DNA of 64,000 nucleotides from Saprolegnia diclina VS20 (Eukaryota): NCBI RefSeq assembly GCF_000281045.1, contig NW_008246116.1, positions 366,151 to 430,150 of the forward strand, read 5' to 3'. Shown piece by piece: positions 23,687 to 34,218 of this stretch (position 1 is its first letter; each line of letters starts with the position of its first letter). The notes under the pieces were generated by a model. It saw only the letters and a program-made list of their open reading frames with translations, ran no database searches and was not told where the DNA came from. The position numbers and the translations under genes were made by a program.

Positions 23687-24708
23687 ATGAACCAAGCCGA
23701 AGCGGCGCGTGGCAGTGCCAAGGAAGCGAGCCTCCAGGCGGCGCGGCGCCGCTGCGAGACGCAGCTCATGGGCCGCGACGTCCACGCGGCCTACGCCACC
23801 ATTGTCGCGACCGTCCAGGATGCTGTCGGTGTTTACGGCAAGCACGGGCTTGCGATCGTGCCGTATTACCTCCTCATGGCCGACGTCGGCTTGGAACTCG
23901 GGCATCTCAAGCAGGTCGAAGAAGTCCTCGCGCTCAGCATTTGGAGCCTCGTACGCAGCGCCGAAGAGAGCAGCGCCCACGAAGGCGAGACGCACCCGGG
24001 CACGCTCCTCCAGCGCGCGGCAGTCTGCAAGCTCTACGGTCGGTTCCACGCCGAGGCCGACAACTACGACGAGGCGCTCAAGCAAGCGGCGAACGGCGCC
24101 TACTACGCCTCGCTCGTCCACGGCCCCGAGCACATTCTCACGTCGACACTCTACTTTACGCTCGGGTGCATCTTCCAGCGCATGTTCAAGACCGAGCAAG
24201 CGCTCGGCATGTTCGACAAGCTCGTCGAGATCTGGTACAAGTACCTTGCGAATCGCCTGCCGTTGGCGGAAGGCAAGGACCGAGACGACGACAACGACGA
24301 CGACGCGCTCGCCCACCGGCGGCTCTTGCACGACGGCAACACGATGCTTTTGCACATCCTCGATACGCGGTCCAAGGTCCCATCCAGGATCCCAGAGCGA
24401 GAGGGCTCATGATCGGACAACTAGGTGCTCGGCTCGGGCCACATTGCGACCGGGGAGGTCGAGTACACGATGGTAGCTGCTTGCGTTGCGCTAGTGACTG
24501 AGCGTGGAGTAGGGTCTGCTCAAAGTACACATGGGCCTTCCGTCGGAAGCCAAGGGGTTCCTCGACCAAGCGCTCTCGATCTACACGGACGCCCTCGTAC
24601 GACCAGTCTTGTTGAAGCATTTGGTCTCATGACGGCGGGGATTAGGGGTCGCTGCACCCGTCGACGATCGATGTGCAAAGCGTGATCGATACCATTCGTG
24701 GCGCATAA
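23687..24708 (+). CDS. ZMYND12-like TPR protein (flagellar inner-arm dynein-associated p38 family), no MYND finger seen
   Basis: YG...IVPYYLLMADVGLELG..QVEEVL...W; AYYASLVHGPEHILTSTLYFTLG..F; KLVEIWYKYL resemble the ZMYND12 TPR region. Three short introns after 24377; stop TAA 24706-24708. Confidence 0.7.
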
Positions 24709-24733
24709 GATGTTTCATCGTGTATAGAGTCTT

Positions 24734-26513
24734 CTACTTGAGCGAGCTCTTGCGGCCGACGCGGGGCGCCTTGGGCTTGGCCAGACTCAGCGTCGAGACC
24801 ACGGTGGTTGTCTTGACCAGCTGCGCAAACGGGTCCGCCGACTTGAAGCACGTGTTGCCATACTCGCGTTGCTACAGGTCGTACAGGGTTCGATCCCATC
24901 ACCGCGGCTCGTTTGGTCACAAGTACCTGGTCCGGGTTACTAAACTTCAAGTGGAGCTTCCACGCGTGCAGCATCATGCGCGGCGCCTCGTCCTCCTCGC
25001 TGCCGTACGTCACGTCGCCCACTAGCATGGACTTGTCAGTTGTGGTCTACGCTGCATATGGCATACCAATGGGATAGCCATACTGGCTCAAATGCAGTCG
25101 GAGCTGGTGCCGGCGACCGCTCAGTGGACGCAGAAGGACCTTTGTCACGGGCTTGCCGTCCACCGTGCCATGGCCCAAGACAAACGCCACGGTCGTCGAA
25201 ACCTACGTTGTACAAACAGGGTCAAGTGGCCCCGACTTCGAACCTCGGCGGGCAACCTTGCCGCGAGGGTCATTCGGTGGCACAATTTCCATCCGGAACG
25301 AGTGGTCGGGCGACGGCGCGATCGGCTGGTTGAAGATGTAGCCCATGGGTTCGTCCGGCTCGACCTCGATGCGCGGTCGCTTGCTCGTGGGCGCGACCTC
25401 GGACATGGCCCGTGGCCGGCGACCACTGGTATGCGCGACGACCGGTGCGCTGTACTGGACGTCGGCACGCGGTGCTTCGGCCTGCAGTTGCGCCGCGAGG
25501 TCGGCTTCGTAGCGCAAGCTACGGATGATACTTAGTCGAATACAAAACGCATGGCGGTCTACCGGTCGGCGACGGCGCGGGCAAAGTACGTCTCCTGCAC
25601 GTCGTCGGCGAGGTCGTTCCACTTCTTGCGGAGAAGGTCCTTCTCGGCGTCCGAGAGCGCGTCGCCCGCATGCAGCTTTCGCCGCACGACGCCTTGGTCC
25701 ATCGCAAAGAGGGACGGGCCCGTGCGTGGGCCCTTGAACTTGCGCGTAAACTTGAGCTCGTGCTGCTTCTTGGGCAAGATGGGGTTGTCGCTGTCCGCGA
25801 TAAAGTCGGCGAGGCGCGAGAACGCTACCGACGGCGTGCCCGGCGGCGGCGTCAATGGCATCGTACCGTGGACGAGCGCGAGGTACTCCTTCTCGACGCA
25901 CTTTTTCTGAAAGAGGCCGCTCGCCGCCGACGTCGACCTAGATTGGGACATGAGCGCATGCGGTGGCAGGCGATGTGGTTTACTCCTTGGTCGTGCCAAT
26001 GCACATGACGCCGGACGTGGCTACGTTGATGGCTCCGTGTTTTGCGATCGCGATAGGATCACGTACCAAAGTCGAGCTGGTGGATCCAGCGAAACTTGGG
26101 CACGTCCGGAAAGTCGCGGGCGAGCGCCTTCTCGATCGTCACGTTAAAGTCGCCGTCGAGACGCACGTCGGCGCCCTAGTACGCAGCATGAGGCAAAACA
26201 CCCATGTTGCAGTCGCCACCTTGTTGATGACGAGGTAGTACGGCGACCGGGACAAGATCTCGAGCTCGAGCGCGTCGAGCGTCAAGGGCCCACCGCGCGT
26301 GTCTTCGATCGCGCTCTCGTCGAGATGGCCCTCTTGCTTGCGCGGCGCCTTGATCGGCGGCGGCACGATGGCGACGGGCGGTGGCGGCGTCTCCTTGGCC
26401 GCATGGTTGCGCAGGACGCGCGACGACGTCGGGAGGTTGCTGAGGCTGGCGGCGCGGCGACGGGACATGGCGGAGCGGGTGGCGAAGGCGATGGTCTGTA
26501 TCCTGCCGATCAT
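24734..26513 (-). CDS. RluA/RPUSD-family RNA pseudouridine synthase with inserted HMG-box-like segment
   Basis: Spliced motifs YLVINK, WIHQLD(F)..TSGV (catalytic Asp), KEYLALVHG, LRPLSGRRHQLRLHL..GYPIVGDVTYG, RMMLHAWKL; stop 24734. Confidence 0.88.
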
Positions 26514-27138
26514 GCACCGGCAAGAAGACGTTGGACGCGAGATTCCCACGCTGCGATATCGGGTTTGGGCCTCATCCTAGGCCGACAAAACGTCCTTGGC
26601 GATCCGAATTCGGACCTGTCCGAAAATAGGCCCTTGGCTAAACGCACGCCACTGTTCGCAACTGCCGAGCAGGTTCCGGCCTGTCAAAGACAACATTTCC
26701 ACATAGCACCGTCGCCACGACCTCATGCTATGGGTACTACTGCGCTAACACCTAGTCTGCACGAGCTAGACGAACTGGTATTCCTGCGGTAAGATCGAGC
26801 TTCAGAGGATCGGTTCGAATAACCCTACCCCTTGTTCGCCATGAGCTCCCCAAGATTCCCTAGTACCCTCCATGAAGCATGAAGATTCGGCGCTCCACGA
26901 CTAACGTGCAGGGACATTACCGAGCAGTGCTCCGTCAACGGAGTTGGTGCTCAATGGTCGAAGGACCTCGATACGCTTCCATCACTTCGTATACCTCACC
27001 TGATCCCGTCAACGAGTTGACGTGGGCGACAGCGTGCATACGACGCACTACTATCAATGTTTCAACCACGGACCACTTTATCTCTCTCTTATACTCGAGT
27101 GCACGCTACTGTATCGTCTTCTTCAGCTCCGCACACAA

Positions 27139-29322
27139 CTACAACGAAAGTCGGTTCATGTCGCTCGAGACGCGCCACATCTCTTCGATCGGACCGAGCT
27201 CGCTCAGGTTGATGTCCGAGACCGAGAGGCGGTTGACGTCGCCAGGTGGCGGCGGCGCGTCGCTGCCGTTGACAAAGTCGCCGTGGTTGTCGTTCTGACG
27301 CATGCGCCGCGCCGCCGATGCCCGCGCCGCGTCCATGCTCAGAGGGAGGCGCGGCCGCTTGTTTTGCGCATCGTCACTGTTGTTGGACATCATTGGCTGC
27401 TGCTGCTGCGCAAACGCCGCTGCGAGGTTCGGACGACCGCCGGCCGCCTGCGCAGCGAACGACGCCGCCACGTTGTGGTTGGCGTTGCCGCCGTTGGTCT
27501 TGAGGAACGGGTTGCTCGGAATGCCATCGTTGCCCGGGCTCTTGGGCGCGCTGTAGTGCGCCTGCGCAAACGACGCAGCAATGTTGAGTGGCGTCTTGGA
27601 CTCGGTCTTGCCGCCGCTGCTGAGCGACTGGACGAACGACGAGGCCACTGTGCTGCCCGAGCTTTGACGCATCGGGGCCGGCGGCTTGAACGCATGCTCG
27701 TTCGTCGGCGGTGACGACGACCGCATCTGCTGCGCAAAAGACGCTGCCGGGTTGCCCATGGGGAAGCTCATGTTGCTGCCGGCGTGCAGGTCCATCTTGA
27801 CCGACGACGTCGGTTGCGACACAACAGGTTGATGCGCCTGTGTCGGATGCTGCTGCGGCGGTTGTTGCACGTGGTGGTGGTGCGTCGGGTGGTAATTGCT
27901 GCCATCTTGCGTCGGGTACGGCTGCTGGTGCGGCGTGTATTGGCCACGGGGATAGCCCATCGGCGGGTACTGACCGTACGACGACGACGGGTTGTGGTAG
28001 TTGGCGTCGTAGCCGCCGCCGTTGCCCGGGTTCATCTTGTGCATAAACTGGTCGGCGGCGTTGAAGCCGCCTTGGTGATAGTGCTGCTGCTGGTGGTGCG
28101 GCGACGGGTAGCTCTGGTTGTACATGTCGTGGCCCTGGTACATGCCATGATGGTGGTTGGCCATCGACGGGTGCATGCTGTTGCCGTTGTTGTGGAGCAT
28201 CGGCGACTGCAGCTCCGACATCATGCTGCGCTGCGGGTAGCCCATGCCACTCGACGGCGCCTTGTGCTCGGACGCGACGGCGGTGACCGTGATGGGTGAC
28301 ACGCTGTTGTCGTTCGGGTCTTTTTCGTTCGTGTTGCGACGGTTGCGTCTAAGGATGCCACGTCAGAATGGCGGACGCCGAGATAAGAAATGGGATACCC
28401 CGACTTGGTGCGGCACAGCGACTTCCATCGAATCTTGACGGCGTCCTCCGTGCGGCCCGGTAGCATCGCCGCGATCGCCGACCACCGGTTTCCGATTCGC
28501 TGCTGCGCTTCCAAGATGATCTGGTCTTCCTCGGCCGTGTACTCGCTGTTATAACAAGATCGTAAGAGTCTGATGGCGCATCAAGCAAGAGTGGCGACGT
28601 ACCCACGCACGATGTTTGGGTCCAAGTGGTTGTACCAGCGCTCTCGGCACTGCTTGGACGTGCGGCCGGGAATCCGCGTCGCGACTTGGCCCCAGTTCTT
28701 GCGACCTTCGGCGACCAGTTGGCGCAGAATGTCGTCTTCGTCCGGTCGCCAGTGGCCCTTGATGAGGCCCGGCGCGAGCACTTTGGTCCAGCGCTGGAGA
28801 CACTGCGTGTGGTTGCGGCCGGGCACGACCTCGGCAATGGACTTCCAATTGCGCTCGCCATGGGCCTCGACCGCTTTTCGGAGCGCATCGTCTTCTTCGG
28901 GCGTCCAGCGCATCGGCGTCGCCTTGCCTACATGAGGCGTCAGCGCCCATGTTCGCCTGCAAGCAATGTATACCTTGTGTCTGCAACAGCTTGCGGACCG
29001 AGCCTTGAGGCAAGGCCACGCGGCCCGACGCGGTGATGCCCGTGACGTCTTGCTGCTTCTGGCGCGGGATGCCCTTGATCTCCTTGGGCATTTGATACGG
29101 CTTCTTCCTACGCAAGCCATGCATCAATCGACTCATCCTCGTAGCGCAAGCATGATGGTCCTACGGCGCGTTGGCGTCCGCGGGCTTTTGGCTCTCGGTG
29201 AAGAGGACCTTGCCGAGGTCCGAGATTGACTGCCGCGCGTCCACGTCGATCGGGAACGAGTCGACGAACTCGTGCATGATGGACCCGATCGAGTCGCGGC
29301 CCGACGGCGCAGCTCCTGCCAT
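27139..29322 (-). CDS. R1R2R3 Myb transcription factor with His/Gln/Pro-rich low-complexity C-terminus
   Basis: Three Myb repeats: WTPEEDDAL..WKSIA..RNHTQCLQRW; KGHWRPDEDD..WGQVA..RTSKQCRERWYNHLDP; YTAEED..IGNRWSAIA..GRTEDAVKIRW. Several short introns. Confidence 0.92.
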
Positions 29323-31039
29323 CGTCGTGTTTAAACAATGGGCCATGCCAGGCCAAAGTCTCTGGTAGCCCAATACAATACTGAAAATAAAATACAATGT
29401 GTCCTCATCACATACAAACAACAAGGTATTGAGGCAACACCGCGTCATGAAATCCGTATTGTATTTCTCCGTCTTGAGATTAAAAATAGATCGAACCGCG
29501 CAAGCGCGCTTACCCATTGGTCAAAACAGATGGCTTTTCTAGCAAATCATAAGTAACAGCTTGGCCGTCGCCACGCCTCCCAGACCCCAAAATCTCGGCT
29601 CAAATACAAGGTCTTCACGCTCGGTTTGGTCCATCCTGGCCTTGTGCATCAAGTGTTATTGGGGTCTCAAAGGCGACGGCGGTCCCAAGCGTCCCCAGCG
29701 CGTCAGCGTGTAACGTGGCGATCACTTTCCAGCTTGTGAGCGCCTTTTCGGTGTTATAACGCGTTATGCAGTGCGTGGTGCACCTTGCAGAAGATAGCAT
29801 CGCTATCGCCGCACGCAGAGCATTGCAAAGCGAATGAGGGAGGGAGGAGTGTCGTTGTATGTCACGGAAAGCGTGTCCGAAGACGTCCTTGCGGGTGGCT
29901 GCGTGGCGACGGCACGCGTCGTGTTAGATGTTATAACAAAACGCGCTGGATCTCTGTTGGCGAAAGAGGGGTATGCGGGCGTGAGAGCCGGCTGCGGGTC
30001 GCACTTGCTGCAGTATGATTGGCCAACATATCTGCGACATGCGGTAGAGAGCCGGAGCTGTCGCGCCGCATCTCTGGAGCCAAAGATTTGGCGGGAACGA
30101 GGCTGGCATCAACGCCGTCGTGCGCGTTTCGAGCGCTTCGTACCGCAGTGACGCACGGCTTGTCGCGGTTGCTACGCCTTCGAATTGAGCCTATTTGCTC
30201 GAAAAGGGGAAAATGGAGAAGGGATATTTGTTTGGCATTGTGAAGATTTGGGTTGTTTGGTCTTTGGACTGGGACCGAGGGTACAAGAATTGGGCACTGG
30301 GATTTCTCAGCAAATGGCAGATGGGCGTCAGATGGGGCGAAGTACGAAGTGCTCAAGCACATGGCTCGTGGGGACACTCCCTTTGGGACCGAACGATGTA
30401 CGTACGCACTGGATCTTGCTTCATCAGATGACACTTTCGAATTGGACGAGGAGCTGCTGACGGCTGTGGTACGCGCAGCGATTCTTGCATTGCGCGCTGC
30501 GGCCAGTAAAATGGCAACTCGGCTTGCGATTTCGGGTGGAACAACAAAGCTGGTGGTGGTGGTGGTGACCCCTTCGGGCAACATACCCGGTACCCGTGAG
30601 GTAGCGATGAGAGGAGGAATGGACATCGCGTAGTTGATGAAGAACGAAGTTACGTGCAATGCAGCAGCGGTCGGACCAAGTTAAGGCTATCGAACGCCGA
30701 ACACACAGCCGTTGGTCTGGATGGTTGCCGATTTCTTTTTTGCCGCAGCGAGCGTCGACAGACTTGCAATCTTATGAGCGACGAAAGATGCCTTGGACAG
30801 CACGATAGCAGATCCCATGAGCTAACCCTGCAGCGAACGCAGAGCCTCGGAAGATGTGACACAAGGGCTACATGCATGGGCTACATGTTACTATGCCGAA
30901 TATGGCCAATATCCGTTTGATCACAGTTGTCTAAAGGTGTGGTCTAGGAATACATGTAGGACCTGTGCGTCCGTTGTCGCAGGCAGCCGAAAAGACTACT
31001 CGCCGCTTCGAATTGTCGATGCTTATTGTTGACCCTGAT

Positions 31040-31312
31040 TTGATCTGACGATTGAGCGTCCTGATGATACCGTGCATTATCGCAAGTGCACACGCTATTA
31101 CAATGCCACATGCACTCGCTACGCTCGCGCATGGCATATGGCCCTACCGCGCTAGCGCGCGGATCTGCTTCATGTATGGCTGTGCTAATGACCGCGAGGG
31201 AGGCACTAGGGGGCGCAACTATTCTCTTGAGTGGATCAATAGCAAGCGCGGGCTGGATGCCCGTTTCGTACGAGTCGCACGATTCGATGACGAGCGTCGG
31301 GTTGATGAGCAT
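31040..31312 (-). pseudogene. Degenerate 5' fragment of the ClyA-like family gene
   Basis: MLINPTLVIESCDSYETGIQ matches the family N-terminus (NPTLVIESYVSYESGVQ). Further weak remnants (VIST..., SVASACG...GIIRTL) appear in shifted frames, then similarity is lost. Confidence 0.7.
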
Positions 31313-31741
31313 GGTTTTGCGGGCCAAAGTAAAAAGGGAAATGCAAGTTTACCACTAAACGGAGTGCGTACGACGACTGCAACTTGATAGTATTGATCAC
31401 GTTGCCAGTTCGTTCATGGCACCCTAAAATGGCTTCTTTAATCCACTGCGTAAAATTCTGGAAGAGAAAGAATCAACATTATGGTCGGGAACGGGTCAGC
31501 CACACAAAAAATCTATCAAGTCGATCAACTTGAAACAAACCAAGTGTCAACTGCACCAACGCAAAAAGGTGTGTTCGACGTAACGTTTTGGCCCGTGCCT
31601 TTGACCTCAGCAAGGTAATACAGTATATATATATTGTACGAGGCCTTGTTGGAGAGAAGAGCAAGGCAGGGTTGCTCGTCCAGAACACCAAAAATCATAG
31701 CTAAAAAAGTGCTACGCGAGCAATCAGAGTTACATTGCAAC

Positions 31742-33613
31742 TTAAACGGACTGCATCGCTGATGGCTGCTGTTTCGTCCATTGGTGTCCGATATGCGCTT
31801 GGTTTGCCTCGAGCATATCTTGGAGTTCCTTGAGGAGACGTGGTAGGCGCTCGTTCGCTTCCGCCGAGTTGGGCAAATCGGACATGACGCCGTGCACTTT
31901 CGTCTTGACGTCCTTCATTCCTTGGACGGCTGCGTAGTTGACCTTAGCGAGCGCAACCCACTCGTGCCATTCGTTTGTCAGCGAGTCGCAACACATGTCG
32001 GCGCCCCACAGCTTGGAAGCGAGCGTGGACCAGAAATCGCGCACATTTTCAAACGTGGCCTTGATGCCACCAAGCGCTGTGACGATCAACTTGAGTGCGG
32101 CAATCGCTTGGTCACACGTTTTGCCTTTGCCATGATAGCTCGCAAGCTGACACGCAATGGTGGTAATGGCCTGGTTGACCTTGTACTGCTCCTCGAGCGC
32201 TTTGATGCAGTCGTCGCGCTCGCCCTGGCGCGAGACCTCGCTGGCGTGCGAGCGCGAGGACGACGAAGATGTCGTGTCCGTGGTTTCGACGTGTCCTTGC
32301 TTACGGCGGTCCTCTGCGGCATTTTCCACTGCGAGCTCCGTGGCCGCGATATCGGTATCGCAGCACTTGACATGAGCTTCGGGGTTTTTCTCCAGTACAT
32401 TCGCCTTGGCTTGTGTACACGCCTTCATTTTGCTGTTCAAGGCGACAGTCTCATTCAGACTTGCCTGGGCGCCCTTCATAGCCTTCTCGGCCTTTTCCGC
32501 GAGCTTGCCCGCGATGGCCTCCATGCGGCCTGCGACCTCGCACGTCGAGAGAAGCATCTTCTTGGTCTTAACTAGATTTCCCTTGAGAAGGAAGACAAAT
32601 GCAAGCTTGTACGACTTGAGCACTTGCATACACCCGCAAAGAAACGCGTCGGCGGCAATGTCCGTGTCGACGACAAGCGTTTGGTAGTCACCGAGAGTGC
32701 GGACGATGTCGGTGTTGCAAGCAAAGCCGTGCGACGCCGCGACTGCAATCTCGAGCATCTTGACGACGTCTTGAAGTGTCTCCATGCACTGATAAGCACT
32801 GATGACGGTAAAGAATTGTTCCTTTGTCGCCACCTTCTTCATGAGCTCGGTGTTCTTGAGAAGCACGACCTGNNNNNNNNNNNNNNNNNNNNNNNNNNNN
32901 NNNNNNNNNNNNNNNNNNNNNNNNNNNNNNNNNNNNNNNNNNNNNNNNNNNNNNNNNNNNNNNNNNNNNNNNNNNNNNNNNNNNNNNNNNNNNNNNNNNN
33001 NNNNNNNNNNNNNNNNNNNNNNNNNNNNNNNNNNNNNNNNNNNNNNNNNNNNNNNNNNNNNNTAGTCACCGAGAGTGCGGACGATGTCGGTGTTGCAAGC
33101 AAAGCCGTGCGACGCCGCGACTGCAATCTCGAGCATCTTGACGACGTCTTGAAGTGTCTCCATGCACTGATAAGCACTGATGACGGTAAAGAATTGTTCC
33201 TTTGTCGCCACCTTCTTCATGAGCTCGGTGTTCTTGAGAAGCACGACCTGCACGCCCGTCTCAAAGCAGTCGTAGGATGTGATCGCAAGCGTCGGGTTGA
33301 CGATCGGTGACGCGTCGTTGTCGGCGAGTTCACTCGGTGCGGTCGTGGTGACGACTGGTTCTTCGGTATTATTGGTAGAGGCTCCGTCACTGGTTGGCGC
33401 CTGCGCCAGGCAGTTGGGCGTGGCCGCCTCGGTCGGCTTGTTGATCGGTGGCGCGTCGTTGTCGGCGAGTTCACTCGGTGCGGTCGTGGTGACGGCTGGT
33501 TCTTCGGTATTATTGGTAGAGGCTCCGTCACTGGTTGGCGCCTGCGCCAGGCAGTTGGGCGTGGCCGCCTCGGTCGGCTTGTCGTTAGGCATCGTGTTTG
33601 TGACTGTGGACAT
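31742..33613 (-). CDS. Helical ClyA/HlyE-like protein A with N-terminal 47-aa tandem repeat (true length probably ~497 aa)
   Basis: Intronless ORF spanning the gap, clearly paralogous to 34219 and 36754. Shared motifs GDYQTLVVD, ALGGIKATFENVRDFW, WHEWVALAK, MSDLPNS. Confidence 0.75.
   Translation of the reverse strand: MSTVTNTMPNDKPTEAATPNCLAQAPTSDGASTNNTEEPAVTTTAPSELADNDAPPINKPTEAATPNCLAQAPTSDGASTNNTEEPVVTTTAPSELADNDASPIVNPTLAITSYDCFETGVQVVLLKNTELMKKVATKEQFFTVISAYQCMETLQDVVKMLEIAVAASHGFACNTDIVRTLGDXXXXXXXXXXXXXXXXXXXXXXXXXXXXXXXXXXXXXXXXXXXXXXXXXXXXXXXXXXXXXXXXQVVLLKNTELMKKVATKEQFFTVISAYQCMETLQDVVKMLEIAVAASHGFACNTDIVRTLGDYQTLVVDTDIAADAFLCGCMQVLKSYKLAFVFLLKGNLVKTKKMLLSTCEVAGRMEAIAGKLAEKAEKAMKGAQASLNETVALNSKMKACTQAKANVLEKNPEAHVKCCDTDIAATELAVENAAEDRRKQGHVETTDTTSSSSSRSHASEVSRQGERDDCIKALEEQYKVNQAITTIACQLASYHGKGKTCDQAIAALKLIVTALGGIKATFENVRDFWSTLASKLWGADMCCDSLTNEWHEWVALAKVNYAAVQGMKDVKTKVHGVMSDLPNSAEANERLPRLLKELQDMLEANQAHIGHQWTKQQPSAMQSV
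32685..33250. other. Assembly gap (190 N at 32873-33062) flanked by identical 188-bp direct copies (32685-32872 and 33063-33250)
   Basis: Both flanks read identically with an offset of 378 bp, typical of unmerged overlapping contig ends. Confidence 0.85.
33302..33581 (-). repeat. Two-copy 141-bp coding tandem repeat (KPTEAATPNCLAQAPTSDGASTNNTEEPxVTTTAPSELADNDAxPI)
   Basis: Direct repeat with 141-bp period and only a few substitutions. Confidence 0.95.
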
Positions 33614-33635
33614 TTTTGCTGGTGTCAGTGAGCGA

Positions 33636-33653
33636 GGGTAAATTGGAAAATGA
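33636..33653 (-). promoter_or_regulatory. Oomycete core promoter Inr+FPR element
   Basis: TCATTTTCCAATTTACCC matches the YCATTYYNCAWTTTNYY consensus, ~25-40 nt upstream of ATG 33613. Confidence 0.8.
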
Positions 33654-34178
33654 ATGAGATGCCGTTTATTGCAAAAACGAAGTTCAACGTTTATGCGACT
33701 ACGACTGTAGTTTTCGCTCTGCGTATCTATATATATGTATCAACAGTTGATAAACGGCTGTGTACCTGTACACCATTCTCGCGATCGGAAGAGGATTGCA
33801 TGCTCATATGTGTAATCTTGAGCCTTTTGACACCAGGTAAAAAATACATTTCAGTTGTATGGAGAGTGTAGTAAATTCTTGGTCATTTTTTGATCCCTAT
33901 AGAAACATAGAGCTCCTGCTGGCTGCAGCTCTGTTAGCATCGAACGCCGATATATAATATCGGCTTCCGATGCTGCGGTTTTATCAACTCTGGCATTGCA
34001 CTTCATCCGGTCCTACTGGTTTCTATCAAAGCAACAACGATGTATCAATATCGAGTTGGATACTTGTTTGTCAAATGGCGCACGTGTGAGTGAAGTTAAG
34101 AGCTCAGAAATCCGAGTAACTCGTTAATGGTTGTCGCACAAGAGTTGAACTTTTCTTTTAGATTAAACAGCATTTCGT

Positions 34179-34196
34179 TCATTTCCAATTTTACCC
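34179..34196 (+). promoter_or_regulatory. Inr+FPR-like core promoter
   Basis: TCATTTCCAATTTTACCC, ~25-40 nt upstream of ATG 34219, same position as in the paralogs. Confidence 0.7.
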
Positions 34197-34218
34197 ACGC
34201 CCACTCACACCAACCAGA

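Noticed and set aside
29931..30659. 242-aa minus-strand ORF (MSIPPLIATSRVPG...)
   Set aside because: Codon usage unlike the real genes, low complexity, no recognisable domain; unsupported.
32685..33250. Apparent internal duplication in gene A
   Set aside because: Identical 188-bp flanks around an N run most likely represent unmerged contig overlap. Not treated as biology, although a real tandem duplication cannot be excluded without reads.
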